This document shows, one piece after another, positions 13,378-28,967 of a stretch of 64,000 nt of DNA; position 1 is the stretch's first letter, and each line of letters starts with the position of its first letter. Under the pieces are notes generated by a model that was not told the origin of the DNA, searched no databases, and saw nothing but the letters and a program-made list of their open reading frames with translations. Origin of the DNA: the human T2T-CHM13v2.0 reference genome, Homo sapiens; the NCBI RefSeq assembly GCF_009914755.1, contig NC_060927.1; one strand, 5' to 3'. Both the position numbers and the translations under genes were made by a program.

Positions 13378-15594
13378 AATATTTTTCTTTAAAATAATAT
13401 AATGGATATAAAAACATAATGAGAAAAAAAATAGGACTACAGAACTTGCGATCCAGTGCAATAAAGAAGACACTAACAAAGGTGCATTAATGGTTAAAAG
13501 GTGTGGAAAAGCAGTAACTAAATTATACTTTGGTAACTGTGCAAGGTACCACACGCTAAGAAACACACTAGCTTTGAGTCAAGATAAAAGATGCCTATCT
13601 AGCAAAGAACACTAGGATGGTTTAAGGGGAAAAAGAAGAAAAAGAAAACCACTAACAGGGTCTAATTTCTCCCCCTATTCCATATCTGAGCCTTCTGATC
13701 TCAGAAAGTCCATCATATGTTTACTAGTGTCTGGATATGATCCAAATATTCTCTTCAGCTCTCTTTTACATTTTATTCTATCGAGAAAGATTTGGCAAAT
13801 GAAATCTATTATGATGTCAAAAGGTAGCTGACAACATAAAATGTATCCTGCTGAGTTGATGCCGCACACGGCTAAATTTACAACAACACAAGTATCATAA
13901 AAATTATAAGAACTGCAAATTAACCACTGATTTCTAGTTCACTGACATAAATAATGGTAAGGACCTGGATAACTTCCAAACATCTTTACCACTGTTTAAT
14001 TTGTCAAAATCTATCAAGAGCATTTCAACCACAAACCTGTCCTCTAAGGTACATTATCATTCCCACGCTCAGATTAGCATTGGTGGCAACGAAGGAAGAC
14101 TGTATAATTACTAGGGCTCCTGGAGGAGTCTCCTCTCCTTGTTGTAACTCTTCAGCGTATCAGTGTCTCACTCTTTCTTAAATACCATTCTTACTCTCAA
14201 TTAGTTATTTAAGATCATTAAAAAATTGGGCTCTAATTTTGTAAGAGATGTCTCTCTGCTTTCAAAATTAGTCCCTCATTACAGCGTTAAGGTTCCTACT
14301 GGGCTCAAATTAGCAAGATTTTCTGTTTACTTCATATTTGTGAACCAGGAATGCTGGTAGCAGTATGGTACAAGAATAGTTAGCTGACGGCTGTTGGGAA
14401 ACCCAGCAGGTAGGGAGGTAGCACATTGAAACAAAATGACAAAGACGATAATTCCTCTCTGAGAGAAAGTTAAGATACAGAATCACATGGCTTCTTCCAC
14501 TAGCAATCCAATCTATGGACCATTCACATAAATGACAAGAAAAGAAAATGGCTTTAACATACATGTAAAATCTCTTCTGAAAAACCATGTTTCATTCATA
14601 GTGAATATACAGTCGTGGCTAAACTATTTTATTGCTCATAAACACCAAAATATGTTTAACAATAATAAAAAGGCTGAAGAATTATTTCATGTCAAAGTAA
14701 ATACCCTTTTAAACATCTTTAAGTGAGGAAGTATCTTTTGATGCATATGTGTATGTACCTGTGTGTGTGCATGGGTGCTTGCGTAGATAACCCCCTGCCC
14801 CCCTATTTTCCCACTGACATATGTCTAGAACAAATTTACAATACTGCTGAAAAGGAACAAATTAAGTGTTTGGCCATAGCACTGTTAGCAAAAATAATCA
14901 ATCAGTAGCATCAGTGTCTAAGTAGAAACTATATATGTATTTGTGCAGAAACTAGACAGTTATAACTCTTTGATTTGTCCTAATACATTGAGTGTATGGA
15001 GATGTTCGACAGATACTAAGTAAATCTAGCATACACTACTTGTGCCCAAATTGGTTTATTTCACATTTCTGTATTTTGGGGGGAAAAGCAATTTCTGTAT
15101 GACAGATGCACCTGGAGTTTGCCACGTGGCCTCCACACAGAAAGGGCTGTAGAGTCAGAGATTTAGCAACAAGAAAATTGCATTTTATTCTTATTTCTTA
15201 AAAAAAATAAAAAGCATATTTTTTCCCATGGAACATGTTTGTATTGAGTTAGTCCATGTCTACACAGAGTAAGTGAATAGTGGAGACGAAACAATGATCT
15301 GGGTAAATCAAAGCTCCCAGTCATCTGCTACTGAAGTTAATGTTGGTTTGGCCTCAATTGGACCCTACCAGCTGCCCACAATAAAAAAAATTAATATATT
15401 GATTAAATAAAGCCACCAATCCCTCATCTCTCTTTACCTGTGTAAATATGGCCTAAATGTCTCCATCAATGTCAGGGAGCCACTATAAAACTAAACTTTT
15501 TCAGAGAGGGTTTTAATTCTTAAACACTAAAGCTGAATGAAGTTCTGAGAGTGGGTAACATAAGAAGAGTTTTCTTTTGCTTGCTTTGAGAAAA

Positions 15595-16145
15595 TCTTCA
15601 CCTAAAAACAGAACCCCAAAATATATGAAGCAAAACTGACAGAGCTGACAGGAGAAATAGACAACTCCAGAATAATAGCTGGAGACTTCAATACTCCACC
15701 TACCAATCCTGGACAGAATGAGGCAGAAGATCAGCAAGGAAATAGAAGGCATGAACAACACTAGGAACCAACCAGGCCTAGGAACCAACCAACCAGACAT
15801 CCATCCATAGCAACTTCCACCTAATGACAACAGAATATACACTCTTCTCAAGGACACTCTCCAGGATATACCATATTCTGAACCATAAAACATGGCTCAG
15901 TAAATTTAAAAGTATGTTATCCAATTACAAAGAAATGAAATTAGAAATCAGTAACAAAAAAATGTGGGAAATCCATAAACAAGTGGAGATTAAACTATAC
16001 ACTCCTATATAACCAACGAATTAAAGGAGATTAGAAAATACTTTGAGATGAATGAAAATGAAGACATACTAAAACTTATGAGGTACAGATAAAGCAGTAC
16101 TCAGAGGGAAATTTATAGCTGTAAATACCTATATTTAAAAAGAAG
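15595..16145 (+). mobile_element. L1M ORF2 endonuclease-domain fragment (degenerate)
   Basis: Translates, across frameshifts, to PKYMKQ..TELTGEIDNSRIIAGDFNTP, the L1 endonuclease GDFN motif. Confidence 0.85.
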
Positions 16146-16146
16146 A

Positions 16147-16411
<265 letters not shown>

Positions 16412-16996
16412 TTAATCAACTGGTTAACAGATCCACCAACATATCCTAGAGCTTGACTCTCCAGTCGTAAGACTGAACGACTTCTACAGCAATCATTTTC
16501 ACTCAGTAAAGACAAAGGTTTGAAGTTGTATTATCTGGAATGTTTCAAAGTTATTTATCCATGGAAGCTTGTGGTAGAACATGCATGAGTCGCTTCTCAA
16601 TGATTTCCTAAGTGAGGAAACTGAGATCACATAACAAGTTAGCCAAAAATACAGCTTTAAAACACAGGCTTCTGAATTTGAATCTTATGTTTTTTTCTGC
16701 TACATAAATAACTAGTCTTATGAATTTAACTTTTTTGCCGCTTATCAGATTTACATGCTGCAAGCTACTAAATCTTTGGGTTACTACTGCCATTCTCTTT
16801 TCTAGATGTCCACATGAGGTTCCATGTACACATCAGGAATTAATTACAATCTATTTTACAAATCATTTCATAAATCAAGGATGAATCTTTATTCCTGAAA
16901 TCACAAGGGACTTATAGGAAACCATGTGATGTGGTCTGAGAGACCTGAAAACTCAAACCCTATAAAGATAGTGGAACAGAGACCATATTATTCCTA

Positions 16997-17585
<589 letters not shown>

Positions 17586-18220
17586 GGGTTACTTCTTCTG
17601 TAACTCTAGGCAATTTAATAATAGGCAATCTCTCTGAGCCTCACTTTATTCACCTGTAACATGAAGGTGGTAAGAGGAGCTACTTCATAGTACTTACAAG
17701 AACTCAGTAAGATGGTGCTAGTATATTGCTTATAAAAGTAGCTGTCACACAGAACAAATGGCCAGATTATAATTATTAAACAAAACTTCTGGGATTTCCA
17801 GTTTGCTCTGACACTTTCCCTGAGGTCCTTCCTACTTCTCACTAACATAGAGATGGCATCTGCCACCATTTATAGTTTCATCCCAAAGGACAAAAACACT
17901 AGAAAAACAACAGAATGTAGCCTACTCTAAGGACTAAAAGGAAATGTAATTCAAAATTCCTCTTCTTATGTGCATACATTGATTTTTTTTTCTTTAACTT
18001 AGTGTTTCCAACAGTCAAATGACTCAGGTGCTACTGACGATGCCCTTTGAGGCCTCTAGGAGAGAAAGGACTGAACTAAATAAAATAGCTGGATCTTACA
18101 CCAATATCTAAGAATAATCTTACACTTTAAATGGCTTTGTGTCCTTTTTTGTTGGGTTATGGGGCGGGGAAGATAAGTTCTTTTTTTCCCCCTACTATGA
18201 GTTTTTAAATCTCAATTAGA

Positions 18221-18499
<279 letters not shown>

Positions 18500-19224
18500 G
18501 TTCAATTAGATTTTCTGAATCAAACAGATTAAATGCAAGCCTGGATCTACCCTGTCACAGTTTCCAAACCTACTGGTGTCAACACTAAGGAAAGCAGGAC
18601 TCTTTAAGAGCCGGGTTTTTTCATTGGTCTTAAATAGATCTCTGTTTGGATATATTTTTTTGTACATGCAGCAAAGAACTACATATAGAAACAGTTCCAG
18701 GCGCAACCAAGGCCTTCCCATCTGGGCACTATCCCACAGTCCTGTTGGCCCTTGCCCTCAACCAGTTGTGTGAGTACATCCGCCATCTCTCTGGTTGTGG
18801 CATTGCATACGCATATCAGTACTAAGAATGTTCCAGGACCTTCCCTCCTTCACAGCTACGTTTTAGGGATACGAGTATTTAATTTATAATGAGGAAAGAA
18901 GAACTCTGCTAGAGTTTCCCCTAACCCTAAAATGTTCATACTTTGAGAATAGTTGAATGGAAAACCTTAAGGAATTTTTTTCTATCTTTTTTTCTATTCT
19001 TCTGTCGTTTTGCAAATTAGCTGCATTTTCAAAACTTGCCACCCACAAACAGTGTGAAACACTAGTGTCTGCTGTTTCTATCAACAGACATAATTTGGAA
19101 TCAGTTAAAACGACAAATAATATGTCCACTAATCAGCCAAACAGCTAAAGTAGACATCTTTGGTCCATTTTAATACCTGGATTTCTCTTCTCCAAAAATC
19201 AGACCAAATAAGAATCATATTTGA

Positions 19225-19519
19225 AGCTGGGTACTGTGGCTCATGCCTGTAATCCCAGCACTTTGGGAGGTCAAGATGGGCAGATCACCTGAGGTCAGGA
19301 GTTTGAGACCAGACTGACCAACATGGCGAAACCCCCTGTGCACTAAAAATACAAAAAAATTAGCCAGGCATAGTGGCATGCACCTGTAGTCCAGCTACTT
19401 GGGAGGCTGAGGCACGAGAATGGCTTGAACCTGGCAGAGGTTGCAGTGAGCTGAGATGTGCCATTGCAGTCCAGCCTGGGGGGAAAGAGCGAGAGTCCGT
19501 CTCAATTAAAAAAAAAAAA
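19225..19519 (+). mobile_element. AluS
   Basis: Dimer; TSD aatcatatttg. Confidence 0.92.
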
Positions 19520-19780
19520 TCATATTTGGATCATTTTAGCTTTGACTTCAGATTAGGGCAGGCATCTTAAATGAAATGATTTCCAGGAACATTACTTAGT
19601 GCTAAGATCATAGGAAAATAATTTAACAAATACAGAACTAGACACATTCTATACTGCATATATCAACTAACTAGTTTATAAGCCTTGGTGTCCCAAGATT
19701 CATTTGTAATTGAATCAAAGAAAATATTTGGGGATACAGGGAAGCAACTTATTTTTCATTTTATAAAATATACCAAAAAA

Positions 19781-20156
<376 letters not shown>

Positions 20157-20523
20157 TTAGCTTTGTGGGCCACTATCCCTTGTCCAGTTCTAACTGCCTT
20201 TTTCTCAACATGAACATATGTTTCCCTTAAAATTACTTCTTTTTTCCTACCCTGGTGTTATGCAAGATCCCTGCTTATTTTGGCGATGAAAACAAAATAA
20301 GAAGAGCCACCCAGAGTTCTCCATTCCAAAGAGAAGAGCTTCCCAAGAAAAGCAAAGTTTTGCTGTTGTATTTCCTTTCAGCACTGCTGAGAGCAGGCGG
20401 CATTCTTCAGTGCAGAAATTCAGTGCAGATGGGGGAGCTGGTCCTGAAATACCTATTAGAACCATGAACAGCAGGTGTGGGCAGGGACTACCGATAGGCT
20501 ATAGGTTTGAAATCAATAAAGTT

Positions 20524-20528
<5 letters not shown>

Positions 20529-20565
<37 letters not shown>
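20529..20565. repeat. A37 homopolymer preceded by AATAAA
   Basis: aataaa at 20515-20520, then gtttttgt, then 37 A. Confidence 0.95.
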
Positions 20566-20570
<5 letters not shown>

Positions 20571-21472
20571 GTGAGGTGGTTAAGTACGCCCAATATGCAA
20601 TGAGAGAAAGTGCTTTTCAAGCACAAAATATAAGGAAAGGAGAGGCTTGGTATTTCAGAGAGAGCCGAAGAAAAACTAAACTCTCAGACTGAGAAGGCAA
20701 AGTTTGACTTTATTTCTATGATCAAAATCCTCACAAAAATGGCCATAGGTCTAGGTGAAAGCTTTAAAAATTTGGGAGGGGCTAGCATGCTTATGTAAGA
20801 AAAACAAAGAGCAGCTTGCATATAGGATATTGGTTTCAATGAGGGAAGGCGAATGCCAAGAACAGTCTAAGAATTAAGCACTCACATAATAGATCACTGT
20901 GAGCAAAGCTCTCCTGCAGATGTTGGAGTTGGTGATCTAAGCCTCACACTTGGAAAGGTTGTGTGACTGGAGCCATGATATATAAAGTAAGACCCAAGCG
21001 CCAAAGTTTTGACTTAGCCAAGCAAACGTGGCTGTTTTTGTTGGGTGGAAGAGGCATTTTTTTCACTGAGCAAAGAATTACGGTAAACATCTGCTAACCA
21101 TGACCACAGAAGAGGTGGTTGTTTTCATCCAAGGTTATTTTAAAGGAATAAATTTAATTAATACAACCACACAGTAATAGTATAGTATCCAACCTTATAA
21201 TAAGTCTGCTTGCTTCTATCCACAGACCTATTCACTAAGGAAGCACCTAATCGAGAAAGTTTCCTAATGTTGCCTTTATGGCTTCTTGAGGACCACGGAT
21301 GCGGGGTAAGACTTTTCCATCTCAAGGGATGCTTGAAAACCCAAGCAGACTTCAGTTCTTATCTCATTCCTTAGGCAGTTTTTTTTCCAGAGGGTTCTCT
21401 TGCTCTATTAGCAAGACTTTATATAATACACATATTATTTAGGCAACTAAAGCCCCATTAAAAAAAATTAAT

Positions 21473-21716
<244 letters not shown>

Positions 21717-22270
21717 CTAATGGGTTGAAAGCTTTACCTCACATATAAATGTCCCAGACCGCATCTTTCTCTCAAACTGCTCCTTTGAAAGTAACTATAA
21801 GAATTAATAGAATCCAGAATGGTTTGGGTTTTAAAAAATTCCTTATTTGGTTCTTTCTTTAAGAAGGAATGGGGTGGTAGGGAAGCTAGTAGGAAGCTGA
21901 ATTATTCAGGCTGACTGTCATTCAGATCCGTCAAATTACAGCTCAAAACATCACTTTACCTTTGAACAACCAGCCATACCTGCTCCAAAATGAGAGTCAC
22001 CCATAATTATTATTAAATGTTCCTAATTAAGATAAAATAATCAAATTCATAAAAACCTCCACTTCCATTCTGACTTAAACAAACTTCTGCCTCTACCATC
22101 AATATCAGCAGAGCCAGAGCCTTCTAGATTTAGAAAAGCTGGTTTTGCATAAACTACATGCTAGCACTGAATAAAACTGAAGAACTAAGGTTTACTATTT
22201 CTGGCCTAGGGTCATGTCAATATCATCAATCAACAAGATACTGAGTTTGCTGAATGTAAAGAACAGAGTC

Positions 22271-22565
22271 GGCTGGGGGAGGTGGTTCATGCCTGTAATC
22301 CCAGCACTTTGGGAAGCCGAGGTGGGTGGATCACCTGAGGTCGGGGGTTCGAGACCAGCCTGACCAACATAGAGAAACCCCGTCTCTACTAAAAATACAA
22401 AATTAGCCAGGCGTGGTGACCCATGCCTGTAATTCCAGCTACTCGGGGGGCTGAGGCAAGAGAATCGCTTGAACATGGGAGGCGGAGGTTGCAGTGAGCA
22501 GAGATCGTGCCACCGAACTCCGGCTCAGCAACAAGAGCAAAACTCTGTCTCACAAAAAAAAAAAA
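22271..22565 (+). mobile_element. AluSp-like
   Basis: Dimer; TSD aacagagt. Confidence 0.9.
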
Positions 22566-22567
22566 CA

Positions 22568-22898
22568 GAGTTGTCCCTCATTATACACAGGGATACAGTC
22601 CAAGAGCCCCGGTGGATGCCCAAAACCATGATTAGTACTGAACCCTATACATATGATGTGTATTCCTATACATGTACACCTATGAAAAAGTTTAATTTAT
22701 AAATTAGGCACAGTAAGAGATTAATGATAACAAATAACATAGGACAATTTTAACAATACTGTAATAGAAGTTATGTGAATGTGGTCTCTCTCTCTCTAAC
22801 TATTTTCTTGTACTGTACTCACTTATTTTCAGACCATCATTGACTGCTGGTAACTGAAATCACAGAAAGTGAAACCATGGATAAGGGGAAACTACTGT
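22568..22898. mobile_element. MER44A-type (TcMar-Tigger) MITE
   Basis: aagtttaatttataaattaggcacagtaagagattaa core; terminal ggataaggggaaactactgta. Confidence 0.8.
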
Positions 22899-23171
22899 AT
22901 TTTCTCTCTTTGATTTATCTATTTCCCGTAGAACTAGAACACAGCAATTCATAAAGGCCAGACTTCAGTAAGCTTATTGAAAGAATAAATACTAAATTCA
23001 TGAACTCCATTTATTCCAACAGTTGTAATATCAAACAGGGTCCCAGATGTTGGACCAGGCTAAGAGCAGCTTAGAAGCTTGGAGTGGGAGGCTGTTGGTG
23101 TTTCATCTTTTCCACCCACTAGTCTTCAACAAATACCTATTAAACACCTCCCAGGTGCCAGTTGCTTTGTT

Positions 23172-23173
<2 letters not shown>

Positions 23174-23228
<55 letters not shown>

Positions 23229-23329
23229 CGCACGCATATGCATGTGTGTATAAGTCACACATGCAGGTGTGTATGTGTGTGCACACGCATATGCATGTGT
23301 GTATAAGTCACACATGCAGGTGTGTGTGT
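23174..23329. repeat. (TG)23(CG)5 plus a 53-bp-period tandem duplication
   Basis: Identical 42-mer at 23231 and 23284. Confidence 0.92.
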
Positions 23330-24439
23330 CGAGCAGAGGAGGGAGTAAAGGGGGAGGTGCTATCATTTGAATGTTATTGATACTAGACAGAATCTTGAGG
23401 GGTAATTAACACAGGTTTTAGGATTCACCGAGTCTGGAAAATTACTCTGTGTTTGTCTGTTCACCTTCCACAATGCTAACTGTTATGTGTGCTAAGAAAG
23501 TAAAGAAGGTAGGCAGAGATGAACATGGAAGAAGCAAGCAAGTTTTTGATACCCCAACTTCCCTTAAGTGATGATGAACCATTAGACAAGAGACCGGACT
23601 ACAGAGGCCGCAGTCTATTTAATAACCATCAATGCCTTCAGCTATAAAACAAAGCCAGCCTAATGTAGCCCACTAATTCTGCCCCAACACAGTCAAGTTT
23701 CACTTCTATAAGTAACTCCAACATCAGAGGCCACTGTGGTCAGAATTGGAATATAACCATGTGCCACTACACTAAATTATGCTTAAATAAAAATGCAATG
23801 CATCCATCATATTTGTATAATCAAGGTATTAAATCAGCTATAATTTCCAAGCCTTAAAAGAAAATTCCAAGATTTTATGTATATTCCTAGTGAAAGATAA
23901 TGTGATGAATGCCACAATAAAAAAATAACTTAGCAGGAGGAAATAATTTTTATCCTTTTTAAATTTTCCTTATGAAATGCATCATTTTAACATAACGCAC
24001 TTCAACAGTTACCCATAAATGTAAATTTGTTTTGATAAAATGAAGAGCCTTTTAATCCAAATTGCACAGTGATGCTTCTACACTGATCTGTTATAACTTA
24101 GTAATCAGAGTTAACAGACTGCCTAATTAACCAAGTCATCATTTGCCAAGATCCAAATATGGGATGAATTGTGGGCCAAGGAGAAAATATGATGGACATG
24201 AAAATTATTAATTCAGGGAAGCATTAAAAGCATGTGAAATTAAAGTTTTTTGCTAAATCTCACCATCTTTAATATCTTTAATTTTTAAGGTGTAAGTAAC
24301 ATGCAAAAATAAAAAAAAAAATTCCATCCAGGGCACATGGAAAAACATTTATATCAAGTAGCTAAATGGACATAACTAAATGTTAAGCTTTTGACAACCA
24401 ATGAGGTATAAAAATCATAGATACCCTTTGATAACAAGT

Positions 24440-24590
24440 AATATTGACAGAGGGCTTACCAGGTGATAGAACCATATTTGGTGTTTCACATGCTCCAGAT
24501 GTTTATTCTCTATATCCCTAACCCTTCAGGAGGTACTATTTTTATCCTCAGGTACCAGATGAGAAAACTGAGGTTCAAAATATTCCTTTG
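24440..24590 (-). mobile_element. MIR fragment
   Basis: cagatgagaaaactgaggttca. Confidence 0.65.
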
Positions 24591-25499
24591 CCCCTAAGAA
24601 TGTATGAATAAACAAATAATATCCGATCCTTTCAAAATTATTAGGAAAGTGGTTGTTAAAATTCTGTAATTTAACTCACTGAAGTTTTTCCCAAGAAGGT
24701 TTCATCCATTCACTTATTACGTATTTATTAAGAAACAGGAGATGGGGGTGACTTGGAAGATGTCAGATGGCTCACCTGTACAAAAATGTTTCATCATCAG
24801 GATATTATTCCCACCACTTACATTCTTTATGTGACCTAAAAGACATATGCATTTTGACTGGGCTAAGCTACTTTATAAGCCAATTTTCCTGGGTCATTCA
24901 AAAGCAAGTCTGAATGTTAATATAGGGTTTAATCCTACTAAGTCCACCAAAAAGACCGTCTTTCCCTTGGCTACTTGGCAACTCCTGTTGATCCTCTGAG
25001 GCATCATTCCTGCTATGAGGCCCTCCAATCTCCCTTCTCCAATCCCCTCCCCAATCAAAACGCACAATACACCAGTATTCTTGTAGCTTCTCTATCACCA
25101 TATTATAACTGACTTTTCTGTCTACCTTGCACATGTAAGTATGTTAAAAGCAAGCATCTTGCCTTAGGACAACAAACTGTGGCAGATGGTAGGTGGATGG
25201 TTGAAGAGAAGAATGAATAGAAGGAAGGCAGGAAATGAATGAACTCTAGACTCCTCGAGGACAGAGGCATGGTAGCATTTCTGAGGCACAGCCCACTCTC
25301 AAGGTAGGAAATGTCATTGAAGATGTCAAGCATTAGGCAGACAACTTTCTGGGAAAACTCCCATAGATGACATTCAGTTGTGGGTTAGCTGAACCATATG
25401 ATATTTAAAGGTTCCTTCCACCCTGTAATTCTATGTATTTGCTGTGTATCAAGTATAGTACCCGACGTGGTACATAAACATAGTTCACTTTCCCAGAGT

Positions 25500-26010
25500 T
25501 CTGTCTCCTTCTGAAACCAGCACTCTTTTCACCTACTTCCCATTGTTTTGTGTAGGTCAAAGGCCATCCATGCCTTTAGAGATGGACACATGACCCATCC
25601 TAGGCCAAGCAGGACCTCCCACCTCCCCCAACTCACTCCTGCTCCAGCTCCAGTAAGTGTTTCACCGAAAGGCATGTGGCACACACCAGACCAATCACAG
25701 AAGCAGGAAGATCCAGATTCCGTGACAGCTGCTAGAACTCTTAAGAAAAGATCTTTTCTGCTGGAGTTGCTACAAAAACAGACTCATGAAAGGTTATCCT
25801 GCCACAACCAGGGAATCGCCTCCGTGAATGAATCCAACAGGGAGCACAGCACAGCCAGAAGACTGCCACCAAGACTTAATGGCATGATCGGAACCTCCTG
25901 CTCCAGATTTCCCTGGAGCTAGTTCCACAATCTGACTTTTCAACATTATGAGCCAATTAATTCCCCTTTATGACTAAGCTGGTCACTCAGAACCAACAAG
26001 ACCTAAAATA
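25500..26010 (+). mobile_element. MLT1-type (ERVL-MaLR) LTR, degenerate
   Basis: cacatgaccca...gagccaattaattccccttt...taagctgg 3' motif. Confidence 0.55.
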
Positions 26011-26852
26011 TGGTGAGCTCAGTATTTTAAGGCACCGACACTTTAGAAGTGGGCTGTCTGCTCTTTGTGTTAACAAGGCAATATGAACACTTCAAACCTT
26101 TTAAGTCAAAATTGCTTATTTGTGGTCTCTTGAAACTGTCATTTATACATTTCTTCAAGCCTAATATTTTACTAATATTTGAAGGTCAAAGTCCTTGGCA
26201 TACAGCTTATAAACCTATAATTCTACTGACTAAGTAACCAAAGGTCTTCTACTCTGTTAGCCAATGTTACCTTTCAGTACCCCAGATTCACCCTGGTAAA
26301 TAAAAAGCCTTCCAGGTGAATGTTTCCAAGAACTAAAAGAACATTCTGAACTTGCTTGCTGGGAAAATGCCCAGGTACGGGACCAAAGCTTTGGGAGGGA
26401 GACCCTCTCACTTTTCACACAGGTGATTGAGCAGAACAAATCAATTATTAGGTGGTCAGAGGCTAATATGAAGTAAAATGAGGGCTAGAGAGATGAGGTT
26501 AATTAGAAAAATGTCCCAGAGAAAAATGACTCAAAGATCTAGAGAAAATGTCTTAACAGGCACATCCAACTGGAGATAGAAGAATGGCAATTAAGTGGTT
26601 GTCCTTGTTCCTAATCAAATTGCGACACACTTTTATTTCCCATAGCTCTTGTGTTAGCAAAAAGAAAGCATTTGAAGAAGTCTAGTAAGATCAAGCAGGG
26701 CCTATTAGATAGCATTGAAGTATAACAGCTCCACATGCAGTCCTAGAGTGAAAAGTTTATGTGAAAACAAAATAATGCCTGCAAGTCGATAACCCCAAGA
26801 ATATGTGTGCGTGAGGAAGACTGCATGGCATAGTGATTAAGAACCAGGGTAC

Positions 26853-27195
<343 letters not shown>

Positions 27196-27633
27196 CTAGG
27201 TCCAGATCCTACTTTGCTCCATATAAGCAGAGGGCTCTGGGTGAGTCATTTAACTCACTATTCTTCAGCTTCCTCACCTGTAAAATGAATTTTTAGAATG
27301 ATGATTACTTCACAGAGTTACTATGAGTTAATAAATATCAAAGGCTTAGAATCATGTCTGGCATACAGACAGTAAAGGTAGCTATTATAGGGTAGACCTT
27401 TCAAAAGCTAGAATGTTTCTCTTAAAAAACTGCTGTTTATTGAGATTTTTCAGGGTTAGATTTTTCATGAGTTTAGAAAATTCTACTTCCACCTCTCCCT
27501 ACTTTTTAAGCATGCAGAATATTGGTGACAGCACGAAATGCAAGTTCTTCTAGGTACATACATACAGATAAACCTAAGAAGGTCTAAGCACCAATTATTC
27601 TAGGAGTAGAATCCCAAAGAAACTGCCAGGTTT

Positions 27634-27646
27634 AGGAAGTGAGTCA
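27634..27646 (+). promoter_or_regulatory. ETS/AP-1 composite motif AGGAAGTGAGTCA
   Basis: GGAAG directly followed by TGAGTCA in non-repeat sequence. Confidence 0.4.
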
Positions 27647-28698
27647 GGAGTGGGAGACTATTTTGTGTCACCATTAATGACTGGGGACAGATGTGGACAA
27701 AGACAGGACACAGGCTCTCCTGGTTGGAATACCCAGGGCAAAACCTTTACTGATCCCCTGGGAAAGCTGGCATTGAGAAATTCAGCCCTAGAGCATCTTA
27801 GCCAGAGTCACCTGGCACTGAGAGACTGCTGAACCAAATTGGACTCAGACGATGCAGCAAAATTTCAAAGCATTAAAGTAAAAACCCTCAGAAAGCTCCT
27901 AATCTTCCCCGCTGCTCCTCAGGCACCAGGGTATTGAGAAGAGGGCAGCACAAGGGCTGATCTAGGCCCTCAAGCATCCCGCGTAAACTGCCTGATCAAG
28001 TCTCATATTACACGGATCTGTTTCCCCTTTCACGAATTATTATTTTAGTTTCTGAAGTGATATTTGGAGACAGGGGTGTTATATATTTTTAGAGATGCAA
28101 AAAATCTGGGTGTTAGCCACTCTGAGGGTTATCATGAGTCTAACCAATGTTTTTTTTTCTGATTTATTCACTTACTTTGACTGAAACTTACTGGATTTCA
28201 TCTTTTCCTTTCCTAAAAGGATATTAGTAACCACGTTTGATGCCTTAAACTATATTTTAATCATGTCCTTTTATTGTTAAGTTGCAAGAGTACAAGTTAT
28301 GAATTAATAAAAGAAATGGCTATTTTAATTTCCTAGATAACCCTAGTTACTCCATAAGTCGTGTAAATAAGAGTATATGATTTCATAGATTTCATTCTTG
28401 TCCGCTAGAAAGTCATGTGATACAGAGTGAGACAGGTCCCTCTCTCTGCTTCAGCTTTTACATAAAAAATTCACAATGAACAACAAATGTCAACCACTGA
28501 CATGGTGGAACAATATAGCAAAAATAATAGATCATCTTCTTCAAGCAGGTGGAAGAAATTGGTGTTAATAATGAAAGACATTTATATCTAACTCCTTTCA
28601 GACTATACAGACTTTGGTTTTCTATCAAAAGAGAAGTGATGTGAATTTTCAGGACCGACACATCAAGTATATTTTTTTAAAAAAAGAGAAGAGAATTG

Positions 28699-28967
28699 GG
28701 CTGGGCGCGGTGGCTCACGCCTGTAATCCCAGCACTTTGGGAGGCTGAGATGAGCGGATCACAAGATCAGGAGTTCAAAACCAGCCTAGCCAGCAAGGTG
28801 AAACCCCGTCTGTATTAAAAATACAAAAAAAAAAAAAAAAAATACTAGGGAGGCTGAGGCAGGAGAATCGCTTGAACCCAGGAGCGGAGGTTATGGTGAG
28901 CTGAGATTGCGCCACTGCGCTCCAGCCTGGGTGACAGAGCGAGACTCCGTCTCCAGAAAAAAAAAAA
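28699..28967 (+). mobile_element. AluS missing the start of the right arm
   Basis: A-expanded linker joined to tactagggaggctgagg; TSD gagaagagaatt. Confidence 0.9.

Noticed and set aside
15513-16012. 126-aa and 62-aa ORFs
   Set aside because: Antisense and sense reads of a frameshifted L1 ORF2 fragment
25548-25922. 124-aa ORF
   Set aside because: Non-ATG start, within a degenerate MLT1-like LTR, no recognisable domain
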